Source: Myxococcota bacterium (GTDB lineage Bacteria; Myxococcota; XYA12-FULL-58-9; JALHOP01). From it: 38,077 nucleotides of DNA. Position numbers and translations under genes: made by a program. The notes under the pieces are model-generated. The model had not been told where the DNA came from. It worked only from the letters and a program-made list of their open reading frames with translations, and did no database searches. The DNA is taken from assembly GCA_041288095.1 (NCBI GenBank), contig JBGGMJ010000152.1, positions 1-38,077 on the forward strand, in the 5' to 3' direction. Shown here piece by piece: positions 34,705 through 38,077 of the stretch (its first letter is position 1; each line of letters opens with the position of its first letter).

Positions 34705-36144
34705 TTGAATCGCTCGCACGTCCTCGCTGGAGTCTTGTGCTCCGTCTTCATGACGGCGGTCGAAGCGACCGTCGTGGCTACCGCCATGCCGTCCGTCATC
34801 GCGGACTTGGGCGGTGTCACGCTCTATGGTTGGGTCACCGCGGCTTATTTGCTCGCTTCGACGGTGACCGTACCGCTGTACGGCAAGCTCGCCGACATGC
34901 GCGGCCGCAAGCCGGTCATGCTCTTCGGCTTGGCCGTCTTCCTCATCGGCTCGGCGGCGAGCGGCGCCGCCACGAGCACGCTCTTCTTGATTGGGGCGCG
35001 CGCGGTCCAGGGTCTCGGCGCCGGTGCCATCGGCCCGGTCGCCATCACCATCGTCGGTGACATCTACAACATCGAGGAGCGCGGCCGCGTGCAGGGTTGG
35101 CTCGGCGGCGTCTGGGCGATCGCCGGCGCCGCGGGGCCCCTGGTTGGCGGCTTCTTCGTGGCGACGCTGTCGTGGCGCTGGGTCTTCTGGTTCAACATCC
35201 CCTTCGGCATCGCGGCGTTCGTGGTCCTGTGGAAGGTCTATCACGAGAGCCACGCCGACACCGCGCGGCCGATGCGGCTCGACTGGGTTGGCGCCGCGTC
35301 CCTGACCGTTGCCTCCGTTGCCCTGCTCGTTTTAGCGGAGCGACGAGCGGTGATGGTCACCCTGCCGCTCACCTGCTTCACACTCGCGGTCTTCATGGTG
35401 AGCCAACGGCGCGTGCAAGAGCCGGTCATCCCCGCCGAGTTCTTCCGCAGCCGCTTCATCAGCATGACGCTGTTCTTGGGCGCCGCCGTGGGCTGCGTCA
35501 TGCTCGGCTTTCTCACTTACGCGCCGTTGTACGTGCAGGGGGCGCTGGCGCGCTCGCCGTCCGAAGCAGGATCCGTCGTGACACCGATGCTCGTCGCCTG
35601 GCCGCTGGCGTCGTTCCTGGTCGGACGCAACCTGCGTCGCTTGGGCTTTCGCTTGCCGGTCGTCGTGGGGCTTGCGGTGACGACGGTCGGCGCCGTCGCG
35701 CTCGCGGTCTTCGTGCCGGGGACCGACGCAATCTGGCCTTGGTGGCTCGGCAGCTTCTTCCTCGGCACCGGCATGGGCATGTGTGTCGTCACCATCACGG
35801 TGGCGATGCAGTCGAGCGTGCCCTGGAATCAGCGCGGCGCGGTGACGGCGCTCGGCATCTTCACCCGCAGCATGGGGTCGGCGCTCGGCGTCGGCGGCCT
35901 CGGCGCACTGCTCATCGCGCGTCTCGAAACCACGCTGGACCCGGAGCGCATCGGCGCCCTGCTCGCGCATGGTGAGAGGGGCGCGGTGCAAATCGACCAC
36001 GCGGCGCAGGTCGCGCTCGCTGGGAGCTTCGGTCCTCTATTGTGGATGATGGCGGCGGTCGCGGCGGCGAGCTTCATCGCCGCCCTCACCTATCGCCCTC
36101 CGCAGGTTCAACCAGTCGTCGCGGCGCCCGTCCTGGCGGAGTAG
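34705..36144 (+). CDS. MFS drug:H+ antiporter (DHA2/MDR family)
   Basis: EATVVATAMP, YGKLADMRGRK motif A, ARAVQGLGAG, GPLVGG, WRWVFWFNIP. TTG start. Confidence 0.92.
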   Translation: MNRSHVLAGVLCSVFMTAVEATVVATAMPSVIADLGGVTLYGWVTAAYLLASTVTVPLYGKLADMRGRKPVMLFGLAVFLIGSAASGAATSTLFLIGARAVQGLGAGAIGPVAITIVGDIYNIEERGRVQGWLGGVWAIAGAAGPLVGGFFVATLSWRWVFWFNIPFGIAAFVVLWKVYHESHADTARPMRLDWVGAASLTVASVALLVLAERRAVMVTLPLTCFTLAVFMVSQRRVQEPVIPAEFFRSRFISMTLFLGAAVGCVMLGFLTYAPLYVQGALARSPSEAGSVVTPMLVAWPLASFLVGRNLRRLGFRLPVVVGLAVTTVGAVALAVFVPGTDAIWPWWLGSFFLGTGMGMCVVTITVAMQSSVPWNQRGAVTALGIFTRSMGSALGVGGLGALLIARLETTLDPERIGALLAHGERGAVQIDHAAQVALAGSFGPLLWMMAAVAAASFIAALTYRPPQVQPVVAAPVLAE

Positions 36145-36154
36145 ACTCAGCTTC

Positions 36155-36718
36155 GTGGTCCGCCGTCCCATGCGCATCGCTCCTCTGTCGCGCCCGAACC
36201 GCGAAGAGGTCCTCGGCTGGTTGAACGACCCGGCGATTGGCGAGATCCTCGACATCAAGTTGCCGCTCGGCATGCATCACCTCGTGCAGCGCGAGTTTCC
36301 GGTCTATGACCGCGATCGCGTACTCTCGATGGAAAGCGTGTTCGTTTACGAGGTGACCGACGCCGACAACGTGCTGGTCGGCTTTTGCCTCTCGTACGCC
36401 TACGACGACGACATGCCGGACGTCCGCGAGCTCGACTACGCCCTGCCCGGCCTCAACAAGGGCTCGCCCGCCGCCACCTATGAAGCCATGGTGCGCATCG
36501 CCCACGCGGTGTTCTCGACGGAGAAGCCCCGCGAGCTCCGCGTCTACATGCGCAACGGCTCGACGGTGCCCGGCCATGTGCGCGTCTTCACCCGCTTCGG
36601 CTGCGAGGTCGTCGACTACGCGCCACGCAAGAATCTGCGCGGCGTACAATTCAAGCTCGTGCCGGACGACTACTACGCGTCGGCGATCATCCAGCGCTAC
36701 GGTATCAAACGATCGTGA
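36155..36718 (+). CDS. Hypothetical protein, possibly GNAT (RimJ-like) fold
   Basis: IAPLS....EEVLGWLNDP, VYEV....VLVGF and FTRFGC resemble Acetyltransf_3 proteins. Start is GTG 36155 or ATG 36170. Confidence 0.55.
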   Translation: MVRRPMRIAPLSRPNREEVLGWLNDPAIGEILDIKLPLGMHHLVQREFPVYDRDRVLSMESVFVYEVTDADNVLVGFCLSYAYDDDMPDVRELDYALPGLNKGSPAATYEAMVRIAHAVFSTEKPRELRVYMRNGSTVPGHVRVFTRFGCEVVDYAPRKNLRGVQFKLVPDDYYASAIIQRYGIKRS

Positions 36719-37301
36719 TGCCGACGGAGCGCATCTCGTCGAGCGCGCGCCGCGAGTCTCCCGGCGTGATGTCGACCCCGCGGCAACCTTCGCTGATGAC
36801 CCGCACCTCGAAGCCGAGCTCACGAGCGTCGAGGGCCGTGAACTTCACGCAGTAGTCGGTCGCGAGCCCTACGATGTCGACGCCGTGGACCATGCGCCGG
36901 CGCAGCTCTTTCGCCAGATCGGTCTGCTTGCGATGACCGTTATCGAAGAAACCGCTGTAACTATCGATGTTGGCGTCGGTGCCTTTGCGAGCCACATGCA
37001 CGAAACGACTGGTGTCGAGCGCCGGGTGGAACTCGGCGCCGGGCGTTCCCTGCACGCAATGATCCGGCCACATCACTTGCTGTAGGCCATCGAGGTCACG
37101 GATGTCGTGGACCTTGGCGCCGCGGTTGTTCGAGGCGAAGCTACGATGATTCTTGGGGTGCCAGTCCTGGGTCGCCGCGACGAGCTCGTATTGCGGCATC
37201 AACCGATTGGCGACAGCGACCACGGCATCGCCATCGGGAACCGCTAGGGCGCCGCCGGCGCAGAAGTCGTTTTGGACATCGATGACCACCAAGGCGCGCA
37301 T
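36705..37301 (-). CDS. pncA: Nicotinamidase/pyrazinamidase
   Basis: VIDVQNDF, TQDWHP, WPDHCVQGT, KG...DSYSGF, GLATDYCV. Confidence 0.95.
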   Translation of the reverse strand: MRALVVIDVQNDFCAGGALAVPDGDAVVAVANRLMPQYELVAATQDWHPKNHRSFASNNRGAKVHDIRDLDGLQQVMWPDHCVQGTPGAEFHPALDTSRFVHVARKGTDANIDSYSGFFDNGHRKQTDLAKELRRRMVHGVDIVGLATDYCVKFTALDARELGFEVRVISEGCRGVDITPGDSRRALDEMRSVGITIV

Positions 37302-37386
37302 CGCACATCCATAGTCCAGTCCCCGGGGATACCATACGAGGCGGCGGGCACGGTTGGATCACGACGCAGAGCGTCGAACGACCACT

Positions 37387-38013
37387 TTAGACCAGCTCGA
37401 AGTCGAATCCGCGCGACACCAAGGCCCGGTAGCTGCTCTCGTCGAAGCGGTAGAGTCGGGCGGCCCGGTGGGCGACGGCGCGCTGGGTCTCGCCGGCGTC
37501 GTGGATGAAGCCGAAAGAGAGCACCTTCTTGCGGAAGTTACGCTTGTCGAGGTCGCGCTCGAGGACCAGCTCGTAAACCTTCTGGAGCTGCGACAAGGTG
37601 AACTTTTCCGGCAGTAGCTCGAAGCCGATCGGCTGGTAACGGACCTTACCTTTCAGACGATTGAGGGCGACGGCGACGATGTGCGCGTGGTCCAGGGCGA
37701 GGTCCGGGAGCTCATGGACGTCGAACCATGCGCCCCGCGCCGCGCCGACCGCGTTCACCAGCGCATAGTAGGCCACGGTGACTGTCCGCTCTAGCGGATG
37801 ACGGTCGGCTTCACCAAAAGTATAGAGCTGCTCGAGATAGACGCGCGTAAGTCCGGTGCGGTCCGCGAGCTCGCGGCGCGCCGCCTCATCGAGCGATTCG
37901 CCATCGGGCACGAGGCCGCCTGGCAGCGCCCAAACCCCATCGTGCTCGACCAGCAGGACGCGTAAGGCTTCGCCGCCGGTCCCAAAGACGACGCAATCGA
38001 CGCTGAGTCTCAT
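37387..38013 (-). CDS. nrtR: NrtR-family Nudix-related transcriptional regulator of NAD metabolism
   Basis: [14 protein letters not shown], degenerate Nudix box [20 protein letters not shown], w[14 protein letters not shown]...DKRNFRKK...RAARLY; adjacent to pncA. Confidence 0.9.
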   Translation of the reverse strand: MRLSVDCVVFGTGGEALRVLLVEHDGVWALPGGLVPDGESLDEAARRELADRTGLTRVYLEQLYTFGEADRHPLERTVTVAYYALVNAVGAARGAWFDVHELPDLALDHAHIVAVALNRLKGKVRYQPIGFELLPEKFTLSQLQKVYELVLERDLDKRNFRKKVLSFGFIHDAGETQRAVAHRAARLYRFDESSYRALVSRGFDFELV

Positions 38014-38077
38014 GGTGCGCTCGTCTTCCCGTGCAGCTCGGCCAGCTCGACCTTGAAGCCGGCGGACAGGATGGGGA
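38010..38077 (-). CDS. 3' end of a gene truncated by the window edge
   Basis: Open frame [21 protein letters not shown] whose TGA overlaps the nrtR ATG (ATGA). Confidence 0.5.
   Translation of the reverse strand, partial: PILSAGFKVELAELHGKTSAP

Noticed and set aside
37362..37376. CGACGC-AGA-GCGTCG between nrtR and pncA as an NrtR operator or terminator
   Set aside because: Short GC-rich palindrome without the AT-rich flanks and GT-N7-AC core of NrtR sites, and without a U-tract.

Overview
GC-rich bacterial chromosomal window, most consistent with a Myxococcota/delta-proteobacterial genome. No rRNA, tRNA, CRISPR array or transposase was seen. (1) 1-11.9 kb is a self-contained oxygen-sensing module: sigma54 enhancer-binding response regulator, globin-coupled histidine kinase, double-REC regulator and REC-HisKA hybrid kinase (AfGcHK / M. 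xanthus NmpR-U-T-S architecture). Two convergent putative target operons follow: USP-hypothetical-hemG on + and USP-lipoprotein cytochrome c-beta-CASP nuclease-USP on -. Three pairs of GCGCA-N5-TGCGC-like palindromes, each pair exactly 30 bp apart, sit next to GG-N10-GC sigma54 promoters. (2) 11.9-17.6 kb holds orphan genes, a serine-hydrolase lipoprotein, a stand-alone mitochondrial-EFG1-like fusA, an uncalled zinc-ribbon mini-gene and an SGNH hydrolase. (3) 17.6-27.9 kb is a surface/secreted-protein cluster: two tandem paralogous ~1090-aa beta-helix lipoproteins, a signal-less subtilase and a disintegrin-repeat lipoprotein. (4) 27.9-38 kb is mostly housekeeping (DUF1993, YdcF, MarC, methyltransferase, ABC-F, soluble MCP, desaturase, MFS, pncA, nrtR). 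Two further cis-patterns recur: a sigma28-like GCAMC-N13/15-GCCGATRH motif ahead of signal-less genes, and -10 hexamers 6-7 nt before start codons (leaderless mRNAs). All calls come from reading motifs; no database search was run.
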